Below are positions 30,401-39,091 of a stretch of DNA of 64,000 nt, in pieces. The stretch covers positions 2,656,001 to 2,720,000 of the forward strand of contig CAXXKJ010000002.1 in the NCBI GenBank assembly GCA_963675295.2. Reading direction: 5' to 3'. Numbering within the stretch: position 1 is the stretch's first letter; every line of letters starts with the position of its first letter. Origin of the DNA: a bacterium (GTDB taxonomy: Bacteria; Electryoneota; Electryoneia; Electryoneales; Electryoneaceae). The position numbers and the translations under genes are program-made. Below the pieces are notes generated by a model, which did no database searches, was not told the DNA's origin, and was given only the letters and a program-made list of their open reading frames with translations.

Positions 30401-31684
30401 GAAATCACCCTCGACGAGGAACTCGACAGGCAAAGAGGGCCGGAAGCGGCCGTCTGCGACGATGTCCAGCCCGTACCAGTGCGTGTTCAGGGAATCGAAC
30501 CGCAGTTCCCAGAGTTGATTGTCCCAGGAGAAATCGAGGTGAATGTCGCGGAACGGTCCGGCCTCGGTCCACAGTTCATCCCCGGTCGCGACGGCTGTGA
30601 GGTTGAGTTCGCCGGTGTTCAGGTCGCCAGTGAGGTGCCCGTTCGCGGTAACCGTGCCCTCCGGCTGCAGCTTCGGCTCCAGTTTCGCGAAAGTGCCGAG
30701 GTGACGGCCGATATGGACATCGGGAATTGTCGTTGTCCCGTCCAACCACATCGTAGAATCCAGCGCCAGTGAAGCCTGGATAGTGGCGTCGTCGCCTTCG
30801 AACCGTACGCTGCCGTTCGTGGTCGCCAGCTTGTCTTCAACCCGTCCCTGCAGATTGATGCGGTCAATCAGCAGCCCGCCGCTTTCGTTCACCCATGCGG
30901 TTGCGTCGGTGAGTTGAAAATGCGCGTCCGCATCCCAGCCAGTGCTGTCCCAGTTCAGGTCGGCATGAAAGTCGAACAGTCCGTCGAGGCCATAAACGGG
31001 TGACGATTCCGGCAGAACAACGGACGAGAGGTCGATCTGATTGACATCAACTCGCGCCTTCGCGGCCAGGTCCTCGAGCGTGGCAAATCCGTTGATCTCA
31101 ATGTGCCGTGTCGTATCAGTGCCGAGTGCCGCGCTGAGGTTGAGGTTGAGGCGCTCGTCCATCATGCGGTTAACCCAGCCTTCCACGTCCTGCACCCTCA
31201 CCCATGCGTCATCACGGCCGGTCTTGAGCGTGAACGAACCATCAATCAGGATGATCCGTTCCAACTCGCTCAACACGTTCAGGTCCGCTGAGGATGCGGG
31301 TTCCGAATCGTTCTTTTCGGATGATGTACGCCGGTCAGGCCAGTAAATGATATCCGGTTGCTCCAGCGAAACGCTGGTTACGACACTGGTTACATCGCCG
31401 CGATGGAACAGCATGTTCATCACTTCGACGCGGACGCTGACCTGTCCGATATCGACTTGCAGGCTGGAATCCGGCGAGCGGTACGACACATTGCGCAGGA
31501 CGAGATTGCCCGGCTGGGCGGACGCATTGGCGATGTTAAAATCGCCGTCGATGGCGGTGAGTTCTTCCAGGATCCTGTCACGCAGGACATTGGAACGGTT
31601 GATGTAGCGAAAGGTGACCAGCCCGGCAAATGCCAGCGAGAGTACAATCAAGGTCACCAGAATGATCCATGGACGACGCACCAT
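27410..31684 (-). CDS. TamB/AsmA-like large bridge protein
   Basis: N-terminal TM anchor, 1424 aa of beta-taco-like repeats, and a DUF490-like C-terminus (VTLGKYIDRDVYISY); directly upstream of bamA. Confidence 0.75.
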   Translation of the reverse strand: MVRRPWIILVTLIVLSLAFAGLVTFRYINRSNVLRDRILEELTAIDGDFNIANASAQPGNLVLRNVSYRSPDSSLQVDIGQVSVRVEVMNMLFHRGDVTSVVTSVSLEQPDIIYWPDRRTSSEKNDSEPASSADLNVLSELERIILIDGSFTLKTGRDDAWVRVQDVEGWVNRMMDERLNLNLSAALGTDTTRHIEINGFATLEDLAAKARVDVNQIDLSSVVLPESSPVYGLDGLFDFHADLNWDSTGWDADAHFQLTDATAWVNESGGLLIDRINLQGRVEDKLATTNGSVRFEGDDATIQASLALDSTMWLDGTTTIPDVHIGRHLGTFAKLEPKLQPEGTVTANGHLTGDLNTGELNLTAVATGDELWTEAGPFRDIHLDFSWDNQLWELRFDSLNTHWYGLDIVADGRFRPSLPVEFLVEGDFTGQGERWNLPEWVEPITSKYADGKVLIRKLEDEDFVVSGEARVRNVSNPAFGEFHGRYGRYGYNASLDLYSLRLPDAHFQISQSMDDPARIQTTQPQLVLSWWDDKYKMPERVEKMDTHATAKVIGDSITVLATIADPVTGFDLDLSGLAIVDTSGAVYTVAGYNLNFKDQFVGNGDFEFTYLDDVVTIPVFTFMDYIEAKGEVDFREELFNNLTARFTDLDIGYLLPILTELPDGLAAGEINGRVNFDGPFKQPNIDAHFEMFDGRYGELTDYWGLLTVDTDELGNVSLRQGALGRGNVTLFTMLGGYSIPDDNLDLYLESPGSDANILVTTLTGQEDVILGDARFRGNATGSLLRPTWTADLDLAKGVLGGIEFDDTQIRMRGISSERLGHVVFIDTARLVRPEHYELTLSGAIPLDRGAGELDLSLKGDILELLPQWSSFITSANGNGSLNWSTTIVAGKPVAARGEMQIKNGNLEFADIFPPLTTLNVDVTIDTDGLVNIRKAQGEFVNEFPFEISNLPGESDDPKRQSIHWDLPEIDLGVLKIRTHQDLGIPFRLPGISTTERYAQLSVSGKNDEWLTIAGPRDSLYVDGQLSLLSATFTYPPIVEEDEQNILQTILPREALFLSEEDNGSAVETPAFINNARWDVEAFIGHDVHYERIVKGLENAPFLETFSEFLGQVVLDINLEPTEPTFPIDITGALADTSFRLGGTIVSTTGRVEFLDLIFDVERAEVTFDASSVYPLVSARAVTTVTEENFSRQMYLTLYVIDPITGERQQRGRWGEFTFVLEDEQGSSQEEVLNAMGVGISDIQGLQNRFITSGAGGIDRAVARRYLGPIERDAADWLGLDIVQFRPQFATNIVGTNPSDIWYNTAEDDQRTSLTTSNRNLFRASRVTLGKYIDRDVYISYTGQFGEEARYASVEDIQLGRLGLLQKWNLQYRIQPISPNFVIEFGWEYENVEDQNNRSAQVKYSVVFDIMELSATDLWRDSFLK

Positions 31685-31689
31685 GGATG

Positions 31690-32388
31690 TCAGCCCTTCG
31701 GCTTAAAGAACACATCATCCGGGTCAAACGCGTTGGCGATCTGTCGATACAACCCGGAGAATTCCTTTTTCTGAGTACTTGGCGGCCAGCTGACTCGTTC
31801 CAACGGAGAGCTGGTTCTCGGCTTCAAACGCAGAACGACACGGTCCAGCCATGCCATTGTGCCATGACTGCCAAGCAAAGCGCTGGTTCCGTCAAACCCG
31901 CTGACATCCTTGCGTACCGCGCCGCCAAGGTGCAGAATCCGGCCGGTTCCATCGACGAAGATAGCACCGAGCACGATTCCACGGAACTCGGGTCCGTGCG
32001 CTCCCGCGAGCAGTCCGCCAATCGTGCCGGGGTAATCCATGGGCCAGTGTTCGAGCATCAGTCCGGCATGTTCGACGACTTCGCCCACGGCACTGACCGG
32101 CACGCCGGCCTCTACCTCGATGACCATGTCCACGCCACTGGCCTCAGACATTCCCCGCCGTGCAGATGACAGAACGGTCAACACTCCGCCCGGCACGTGG
32201 TGTTCCTGCGAGAACGTATGCCCCCGCCCTACCGGCAGGATGCGCCACGAATGTTCCCGGCACCAGTTGACAATCTCGCTCACAGCTTCCGGGGAGTCGG
32301 GAATGACAGTGGGGAATTCAACATCCGGCAAGACCATCTTGCCGAAGGTTTTCGTCAGATTATCGAGGATGCCCTGTGAGTCACTCAC
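31690..32388 (-). CDS. FAD-binding PCMH-type (GlcE-like) protein, short
   Basis: PVGRGH, VEAGV, TIGG, GGAVRKDVSGFD, LLGSHGTM and C-terminal AFDPDDVF. Confidence 0.75.
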   Translation of the reverse strand: MSDSQGILDNLTKTFGKMVLPDVEFPTVIPDSPEAVSEIVNWCREHSWRILPVGRGHTFSQEHHVPGGVLTVLSSARRGMSEASGVDMVIEVEAGVPVSAVGEVVEHAGLMLEHWPMDYPGTIGGLLAGAHGPEFRGIVLGAIFVDGTGRILHLGGAVRKDVSGFDGTSALLGSHGTMAWLDRVVLRLKPRTSSPLERVSWPPSTQKKEFSGLYRQIANAFDPDDVFFKPKG

Positions 32389-33173
32389 GGCTCGACCAGT
32401 TGTTCGCTCGTACAGCCGAAGCGTCGTTCACGGTGCTGGTAGTCGTAAATGGCTTCGAGCAGTTGCCGCCGGCGGAAATCCGGCCAGAAGGTTGGAGTGA
32501 TGAACAGTTCGGAATAGGCGATCTGCCATATCAGGAAATTGCTGATGCGCCGTTCTCCGGACGTGCGAATCAGCAGATCCGGATCAGGCAGCCCGTGCGA
32601 ATCCAGCTCGGCATTGAGTTGTTCTTCGGTGATCTCCGTCGCTCCCGCCGTGATCAGGCGGTTGACCGCGCGGACAATGTCCTGCCGCCCGGAATAGCTG
32701 ATCGCCAGGGTGAGCACGAGGCCGTCATTTTTTGCCAGACGGTCCATCGCTGCTTCCAGTTCCCGCTTCGGAACATCCGGCAAATCATCCATGCAGCCGA
32801 TGGTGCGGAGGGTGACGTTGTTGCTGTCGAGGTCGTCCACTTCCTTGCGGATCGTCGACACCAGCAATTGCATCAATGCGGAAACTTCGACCTTCGGCCG
32901 TTTCCAGTTTTCCTTGGAAAAGGTAAAGAAGGTCATCGCCTCGGTGCCCAGTTCGACGCCGGCTTCCACCATTTCACGGACGGAAATGACCCCCTCGCGA
33001 TGGCCAAACACACGTGCGAGGTTCCGCTGTTTTGCCCAGCGGCCATTGCCGTCCATGATGAACGCGATGTGCTTCGGCATTTTGTCTGGATGGGTCAGAA
33101 TGTCCTGTTTCAGCAGGTCATCGTCCATCCCGGCAAGCGCCGGATTCGCGTATTTTTCCGCAAAAACCGCCAC
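32385..33173 (-). CDS. uppS: Undecaprenyl diphosphate synthase (isoprenyl transferase)
   Basis: HIAFIMDGNGRWA, FSKENWKRP and RTSGERRISNFLIWQIAYSE. Alternative start at 33128. Confidence 0.95.
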   Translation of the reverse strand: MAVFAEKYANPALAGMDDDLLKQDILTHPDKMPKHIAFIMDGNGRWAKQRNLARVFGHREGVISVREMVEAGVELGTEAMTFFTFSKENWKRPKVEVSALMQLLVSTIRKEVDDLDSNNVTLRTIGCMDDLPDVPKRELEAAMDRLAKNDGLVLTLAISYSGRQDIVRAVNRLITAGATEITEEQLNAELDSHGLPDPDLLIRTSGERRISNFLIWQIAYSELFITPTFWPDFRRRQLLEAIYDYQHRERRFGCTSEQLVEP

Positions 33174-33232
33174 GGGTCAACCGTTCTCCGCTACAGGTTC
33201 AAGCTGCAGGCCAAGCACGACGCAGCGAGACG

Positions 33233-33262
33233 AACGTAACCGTCCGCCTCGCCGCAATGCAA
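33233..33262 (-). promoter_or_regulatory. sigma70-like promoter for the uppS-bamA-lpx cluster
   Basis: TTGCAT-N18-TACGTT on the minus strand. Confidence 0.45.
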
Positions 33263-33281
33263 TGCCAAGTTCAATACTCTC

Positions 33282-34376
33282 TTAGTTTTCCTGCTGCTGT
33301 AGTTCCACCAGGATCTTCGCCAGCGCGTCGGCTTCCTTCTCGAATCCGAGGTTGATCTCAGCGGCACGAAGCAGCATATACGGATCCATCGAGTTGACCA
33401 CGACGACATCTGCACTGACTTCGCCGTCCGGGAACAACCACGGCATCAGGATGTCAATAATAGTCTGGTACTTCTCCGCGCCGAGCATCGCACGAGCCGC
33501 GTTCAAACGGGCATCGTTGTCGCTGGGATTCAGTTCGATTGCTTTCAGGTACGCCATTCCCGCTTCGTCAAAGCGCTCGAGGCTGTGCAACAGGATCGCC
33601 TTGTTGAAGTAGAAGTCCGGGTTGTTCGGATCGCTTTCGATCGCGTCTTCCCATGTCGCAATCGCTTCGTCAACACGGTCAAGTTGCTGCAGCGCGAGGG
33701 CTTTCTTCTGAATGGTATCGCTGCGCATTTCGGCGCGGGCTTCATCCAGATCGCCCATCAATTCAGGCATCGCCAGCAGTTCGTCCGACAGCTCGATCAC
33801 ATCCTCGAACTGCTCCTTCTGCCAATAGAGCAGCAGCAGGTTGCGGCGCGAGGAAATGTCGCTTTCTTCGCCTTCACCCTCAATTGCGGCTTTCAGGTGT
33901 TTTTCCGCGAGGTCAAAGTTGTCCGTCTGCAGGTAGCAGAGGCCGAGGCGCTTGTGCGTTTCCTGGTCACCGGGCTTGATTACCAGCGCCGTCTGCAGGA
34001 TTTCAATCGCGCCTTCGTAGTTGCCTTCGTTGAACGGGGCAACCGCGGCATTGTACTTCAGCCGCCAGTTTTCGTAGCGGGTGTTCTCGATATCGCCATC
34101 AAACGCGGACGACAACTCCTCAGCCTTCTTGAACGCCGAGTCCATCTCATCCCACTCTTCCAGGTCGGCGTACACCTTACCAAGGACATACCACAGTTCC
34201 GGATCGTTCGGTGTGGCTTCCGCGCCTTCCAGCAAGACGTCCTTCGCGTTTTCCGGATCACCCTGCTGCATGTAAATCTTGGCGGACCGGACATGCGTGC
34301 TCTGGCAACCCGCGAACACGAATACCAACAGGACAAACAAAGTGATGGCCGCTTGGCGACCCGTCAGGATGCGCAT
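33282..34376 (-). CDS. Tetratricopeptide repeat lipoprotein
   Basis: GGAGAGGGG RBS, lipobox FAGC and multiple TPRs. Confidence 0.85.
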   Translation of the reverse strand: MRILTGRQAAITLFVLLVFVFAGCQSTHVRSAKIYMQQGDPENAKDVLLEGAEATPNDPELWYVLGKVYADLEEWDEMDSAFKKAEELSSAFDGDIENTRYENWRLKYNAAVAPFNEGNYEGAIEILQTALVIKPGDQETHKRLGLCYLQTDNFDLAEKHLKAAIEGEGEESDISSRRNLLLLYWQKEQFEDVIELSDELLAMPELMGDLDEARAEMRSDTIQKKALALQQLDRVDEAIATWEDAIESDPNNPDFYFNKAILLHSLERFDEAGMAYLKAIELNPSDNDARLNAARAMLGAEKYQTIIDILMPWLFPDGEVSADVVVVNSMDPYMLLRAAEINLGFEKEADALAKILVELQQQEN

Positions 34377-34455
34377 GATCCCCTCTCCACGTAAGACCGC
34401 GCGATGCAGTATCAACAGTTCCGTTGTGAAAAATCTGTCAAACCTATAGCATGCA

Positions 34456-34485
34456 AATATATCCGGCGGTTGGAAAAGCTGTCAA
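34456..34485 (-). promoter_or_regulatory. sigma70-like promoter for the TPR lipoprotein gene
   Basis: TTGACA-N18-TATATT on the minus strand. Confidence 0.55.
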
Positions 34486-35492
34486 GACTTTCCCGCCGGA
34501 AACTCGCAGGGCGGATAAAATACGCCATCTTCACGAATGAATGCTGTGATCAGCTCCACCGGGGTCACGTCAAATGCCGGATTGAACACATTGACGCCCT
34601 TTGGACTGATCTGTGTCCCTCTATAAGTACGAACTTCGTCCGGGTGGCGTTCCTCAACCGGGATCGATTCTCCCGTCGGCAGAGACAGGTCGAAGGTCGA
34701 ACTCGGGGCAGCAACATAGAATGGAATCTTGAACCGGTTGGCAAGCACGGCAAGCTGGAATGTGCCGATCTTGTTCGCCGTGTCGCCGTTTGCCGCGACA
34801 CGATCCGCGCCGAGGATCACCAGGTCAACCTTTCCGGATTGCATCAGGCTACCCGCGGCGCTGTCGCTGAGCAATGTACCCGGGATGCCGAGTTTCCCCA
34901 GCTCCCACATGGTCAGCCGAGCACCCTGCCCGAGCGGACGGGCTTCGCAGGCATAGACGTGATCCAGCCTGTTCTGCTCGTGCGCAAGCCGCAGAACGCC
35001 CAGCGCGGTACCGATGCCGTAGGTGACGAGGAAACCGGTGTTGCAATGGGTTAGCGCCCGTGCGCCGTCCGGGATCAACCGTTGCCCATGCTCGGCCATC
35101 TGGTCGCACATGAGCGCGTCTTCATCAGCGATCGCGGTCGTCTCAGCTTGCAACGCGGCGTGAATCTCATCCCGGGAAGCAAGTTCGTCGATTTGTCCTC
35201 GAAGCCGATTCACCGCCCACGCGAGGTTGACGGCGGTCGGCCGGGCGTTGGCGATGGCGTCTGTCGCGTCCTGAAACTCGGAGTCGGTCAAGCTGGATTT
35301 GTGCGCCAACACCACCGCGCACGCTCCCGCGACACCGATGGCTGGCGCGCCACGGATCGCGAGACGTTTGATCGCATCGACGACGACGGTCCAGTCCTCC
35401 GTCCTGATCCACGTTTCCTCGTGCGGAAGCAGGGTCTGTTCGATGAACTCGAGGGCTTTCCCGTCCCATCTCAGGCCGCGCAGGTCGTCCAT
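34482..35492 (-). CDS. mtnA: S-methyl-5-thioribose-1-phosphate isomerase
   Basis: IRGAPAIG, RPTAVNL, LTHCNTG, EARPLGQGARLT, GADRVAANGDTANKIG and NPAFDVTP. Confidence 0.93.
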   Translation of the reverse strand: MDDLRGLRWDGKALEFIEQTLLPHEETWIRTEDWTVVVDAIKRLAIRGAPAIGVAGACAVVLAHKSSLTDSEFQDATDAIANARPTAVNLAWAVNRLRGQIDELASRDEIHAALQAETTAIADEDALMCDQMAEHGQRLIPDGARALTHCNTGFLVTYGIGTALGVLRLAHEQNRLDHVYACEARPLGQGARLTMWELGKLGIPGTLLSDSAAGSLMQSGKVDLVILGADRVAANGDTANKIGTFQLAVLANRFKIPFYVAAPSSTFDLSLPTGESIPVEERHPDEVRTYRGTQISPKGVNVFNPAFDVTPVELITAFIREDGVFYPPCEFPAGKS

Positions 35493-35493
35493 C

Positions 35494-36408
35494 TCAGAAC
35501 CTCGTCATCGCGCGCAGTTCATCGACACGGGCGGCCAGTTCCTCCCGCTGAACCTTCTGAATCCGGTTCAGGGAAAAGTCTTCGACCGTCGTAGACGCGA
35601 CCACGGTGCCGTGCACGATGGCGTTTCGCCACGCATTCGCATCGTCCAGATCCGCGCTGGCGAGATATCCAAGAAAACCGCCAGCGAACGAGTCGCCCGC
35701 GCCGGTCGGGTCAATCACTTTACGCACCGGATACGCTGGCATGAAGAACGGTGCTGCATTCTGGTGGAACAGGATCGCACCATGCTGGCCTTTCTTGACC
35801 ACCAGCGCCCTGAGGCCTCGCGCGAGCAGATCATCCGCTGCGTCGAAGATGTTGCTACGGTTCGTCAGCTCGATCGCCTCTTCGTCGTTTACCAGTAGCA
35901 CGTCACAGCGCTGAATGACTTCGCGCAGGGAGTCCGGGGTGCCGTGAATCCAGAAGTTCATCGTGTCGAGTACGACGAGTTCCGGTTTCTCGATCTGGTC
36001 GAGCACCCGCAACTGCAGGTCTGGATGGATGTTGCCGAGGAATACGAGTGGCGTCGAACGGAAATGGTCCGGAATCTTCGGTTCGAAGGTTTCGAACACG
36101 CCGAGCTTGGTGAACAAGGTCTCGCGCTGGTTCGGATCGTCCATGTAGCGTCCGCCCCAACGGAACGTTTCGCCTTCCGCGATTTCGAGGCCGGTGGTAT
36201 CCACCGGGCGACCGTCGAGGAACGCGATCTTCTCTTTCGGGAAGTCGCTACCGACAACAGCGACAAGCCGTACGGATGTGAACAGGCTGGCGGCGGTTGA
36301 AAAGTAGAACGACGATCCACCAAGGGCGTCTTCCGCGCTGCCGACGGGCGTGTGAATGGTGTCCAGTGCGGCTGAGCCGACGACCAGGACAGGCTTTCCT
36401 TGATCCAT
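35494..36408 (-). CDS. PfkB family sugar/nucleoside kinase
   Basis: VVGSAALDTIHTP, LGGSS, LGNIHP, DTMNFWI, KKGQHG and DPTGAGDSFAGG. Confidence 0.88.
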   Translation of the reverse strand: MDQGKPVLVVGSAALDTIHTPVGSAEDALGGSSFYFSTAASLFTSVRLVAVVGSDFPKEKIAFLDGRPVDTTGLEIAEGETFRWGGRYMDDPNQRETLFTKLGVFETFEPKIPDHFRSTPLVFLGNIHPDLQLRVLDQIEKPELVVLDTMNFWIHGTPDSLREVIQRCDVLLVNDEEAIELTNRSNIFDAADDLLARGLRALVVKKGQHGAILFHQNAAPFFMPAYPVRKVIDPTGAGDSFAGGFLGYLASADLDDANAWRNAIVHGTVVASTTVEDFSLNRIQKVQREELAARVDELRAMTRF

Positions 36409-36420
36409 GAATTCTTCTTT

Positions 36421-38010
36421 CTACATGCGTTCGGGGGCTTCTACACCTAGCAGGTGCAGGCCTTCTTTCAGCACGATGCCCGTTGCCTCAACCAGCGCCG
36501 CGCGAGCATTGGAAACCGCCTCAGGTTCACCGATGACGTGGCAGGCGGTGTAAAACTTGTGGAACCGGTTGGCGAGTTCTTCGAGATAGCCGACGATGCG
36601 CTGCGGCTCCTGTGCCTCTGCCGCCCGTTCGATAGCGTCCGAAAACTGTTCGAGATGCTTGATCAGTTCAAGTTCCTCGGGAGCGGTCAACGGGTCTAGC
36701 TGCGTATCAGGTGACGGAACCGGCGCGCCTTCCTGTCGCAGAATACCACGAATTCTTGTGTGCGCGTACTGAATGTAATAGACAGGGTTTTGGTCGCTCT
36801 GTTCAAGTGCTAGATCAAGGTCGAATTCCAGCGGCGAGGACGTTTTCCGTTGCAGGAAGAAGTAGCGGGCGACATCGACGCCGACCTCGTCCAGCAATTC
36901 GCTGAGCTGAATCAACTTCCCCGCGCGCTTGGACATTTTGACTCGTTCGCCGTCACGGAGCAAATGAACCTGCTGTACGATCAGCACGCTAAGGAAGCCC
37001 TCGTGTCCGAGCGCCTTCAACGCGGCCTGCATCCGGTTGACGTAGTCGTGATGGTCCGGGCCGAGCAGGTCAATGGCATTGTTCGCGCGCCCGGCTTTGT
37101 TCAGGTGGTACGCGATGTCCGGCAGCAGGTAGGTTGGACGGCCCTCGCTGGTAATGATCACCCGGTCCTCTTCGTCCCCGAACTCGCTGCCCTTGAACCA
37201 CGTCGCGCCGTCCTTTTCATAGACCGCACCAGCGGCTTTCAGGGCTTCCAAGGCCTGATCGGGATCACCGCCGGCATGCAGCTCACTCTCCCGGAACCAG
37301 CGGTCGAATTCGACACGGTAGCTGCTGAGTACGGCCTGCTGTGTCGCGACGTTGAACTCTGCCGCCAGCTTGCCGATCTCGTCCGGGTCGTCGTTGGGTG
37401 ACGGTTGGCGTTCCGCAAACACCTTCTGTGCCAGCTCGACGACATCGTCGCCGTGATAACCGTCCTCAGGGACCTCCTCCCCGAGTGCCCGGGCAATAAC
37501 GCTCATCCCGAGGCGGCGGATCTGCCGGCCGGCATCATTGACGTAGAATTCCGCCATCGCGGTGTAGCCAGCCTTACGCAGCACGCGGACGAGGCTGTCG
37601 CCGATCGCTGCAGCACGTGCGCTGACAATATTCAGCGGGCCGGTCGGGTTGGCGCTGACGAATTCGACGAGCACACGCTGGCCGTTCCCGGCGTCCGATG
37701 AACCGAAGCTCTCGCCCTGCTCGAGGATCTGGCGGACGATGTTCTGGTAGTAACGCGGGCCGATCCAGACGTTCACGAATCCCGGGCCGGCGACTTCAGC
37801 CTTCTCGAGGCCGAACTCGTCCAGGTTGATGGCGTCCACGATCTGCTGCGCCAGTTCGCGCGGATTCTTCCCGGCACGTTTGGCGACAATCATCGCGGCA
37901 TTGGTCGACAGATCGCCCTGTACAGTGTGTTTTGGCACCGACCAGCGAATGTCCACATCCGGGCCAATAAAGGGCTGCAGAACGCCGTTCAGCCGTTCCT
38001 TCAGGTTCAT
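36421..38010 (-). CDS. argS: Arginine--tRNA ligase
   Basis: GDLSTNAAM, AGPGFVN, EFVSANPTGPL, EFYVNDAG, KMSKRAG, NPVYYIQYAH and APERM terminus. Confidence 0.95.
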   Translation of the reverse strand: MNLKERLNGVLQPFIGPDVDIRWSVPKHTVQGDLSTNAAMIVAKRAGKNPRELAQQIVDAINLDEFGLEKAEVAGPGFVNVWIGPRYYQNIVRQILEQGESFGSSDAGNGQRVLVEFVSANPTGPLNIVSARAAAIGDSLVRVLRKAGYTAMAEFYVNDAGRQIRRLGMSVIARALGEEVPEDGYHGDDVVELAQKVFAERQPSPNDDPDEIGKLAAEFNVATQQAVLSSYRVEFDRWFRESELHAGGDPDQALEALKAAGAVYEKDGATWFKGSEFGDEEDRVIITSEGRPTYLLPDIAYHLNKAGRANNAIDLLGPDHHDYVNRMQAALKALGHEGFLSVLIVQQVHLLRDGERVKMSKRAGKLIQLSELLDEVGVDVARYFFLQRKTSSPLEFDLDLALEQSDQNPVYYIQYAHTRIRGILRQEGAPVPSPDTQLDPLTAPEELELIKHLEQFSDAIERAAEAQEPQRIVGYLEELANRFHKFYTACHVIGEPEAVSNARAALVEATGIVLKEGLHLLGVEAPERM

Positions 38011-38044
38011 CGTTGAATCTCTCTCCGAATCGCAGGGAATGCAG

Positions 38045-38416
38045 TCAGGACTGCGGGATTTCGTCCGGATCGGAAACGTATTCCGTCGGTGCGTCGCCCC
38101 ACAGTTTTTCCAACTGATAGTAGTCACGGGCTTCGCGCTGGAACACGTGCAGCACGACCTCGCCGAGGTCCATCAGCACCCAGTTGAGATACTGCCGTCC
38201 TTCAACGCTCAGGGGACGAATGTGATCATCCGATTTGCGTAATTCACGCTCGACATGATCAACGATGGCGCGAGTGTGCACGTCCACAGACCCAGTCGCG
38301 ATGACAAAGTAGTCCGCGAGGGTGGTGAGCTTGCGCAGGTCGAGAATCTGAATATTCTCGGCCTGCTTATCCAAAGCGAGTTCCGCGACTTTGCGCGCGA
38401 GCTGGTGGGAAGTCAA
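38045..38416 (-). CDS. rsfS: Ribosome silencing factor RsfS
   Basis: DKQAENIQILD, DYFVIATG, WVLMDLGEVVLHVF and YYQLEKLW. Confidence 0.95.
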   Translation of the reverse strand: MTSHQLARKVAELALDKQAENIQILDLRKLTTLADYFVIATGSVDVHTRAIVDHVERELRKSDDHIRPLSVEGRQYLNWVLMDLGEVVLHVFQREARDYYQLEKLWGDAPTEYVSDPDEIPQS

Positions 38417-38418
38417 TG

Positions 38419-39003
38419 TCAGGGCTGGAGGTTAAGTGATTCGTGATCTTTACCCAGGATCAGCGAGACATCCACATCAACGAGCTGCGGGTTCGCTTCC
38501 TCAGTAATCCTTTCTTCCGGAATGCCGAGTGTGGCGGCGAGACGGCGGGCAACGCCCGGCATCGTCATCCGATCCACGATCCAGCTTTCCGTGTAGTTGT
38601 GGTGCGGCGCGTTACGCGTGTCACGGACGTCGTACCCGATGTCACGCAGCACCCGGGCGTACTGCCCGGCAAGTCCGGAGACACCACAGCCGTTGAGGAT
38701 CTCCACACGTACCGGTGTTTCTTCGTCCACCTCCGGCGGCAATTCGCCTTCGGAAGCCGAAACGTCCGGTTCCGCATCGTTCGTCATCATGGCCGCATCA
38801 TCCATCTCGACAGGCTCTTCAATCGCCTGGTTGTCGGCCATCTGGTGACTGTCCGATTCGCCGAACTCCACGTCGAACAGTTCAAATCCGAGCAGCACGA
38901 GCAGTAAAACGAGCTGCACTACGACCAGCATGGTCAGAGTGCTAACCCGCTTTTCCAGGTCTGCCGCCGTCTTTTTTCCTGGCATTGCCGGTACGCGATT
39001 CAT
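38419..39003 (-). CDS. LytR C-terminal domain membrane protein
   Basis: One TM helix, then VRVEILNGCGVSGLA...DVSLILGKD. Confidence 0.85.
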   Translation of the reverse strand: MNRVPAMPGKKTAADLEKRVSTLTMLVVVQLVLLLVLLGFELFDVEFGESDSHQMADNQAIEEPVEMDDAAMMTNDAEPDVSASEGELPPEVDEETPVRVEILNGCGVSGLAGQYARVLRDIGYDVRDTRNAPHHNYTESWIVDRMTMPGVARRLAATLGIPEERITEEANPQLVDVDVSLILGKDHESLNLQP

Positions 39004-39091
39004 TCGCTTCCGGCCCTCCCCGGTCGTCCATGTGTGATGAAACTACTGTCTCCCGCGCCCGCCACACTGCAACAGCAAGTCGGAACCGGCA

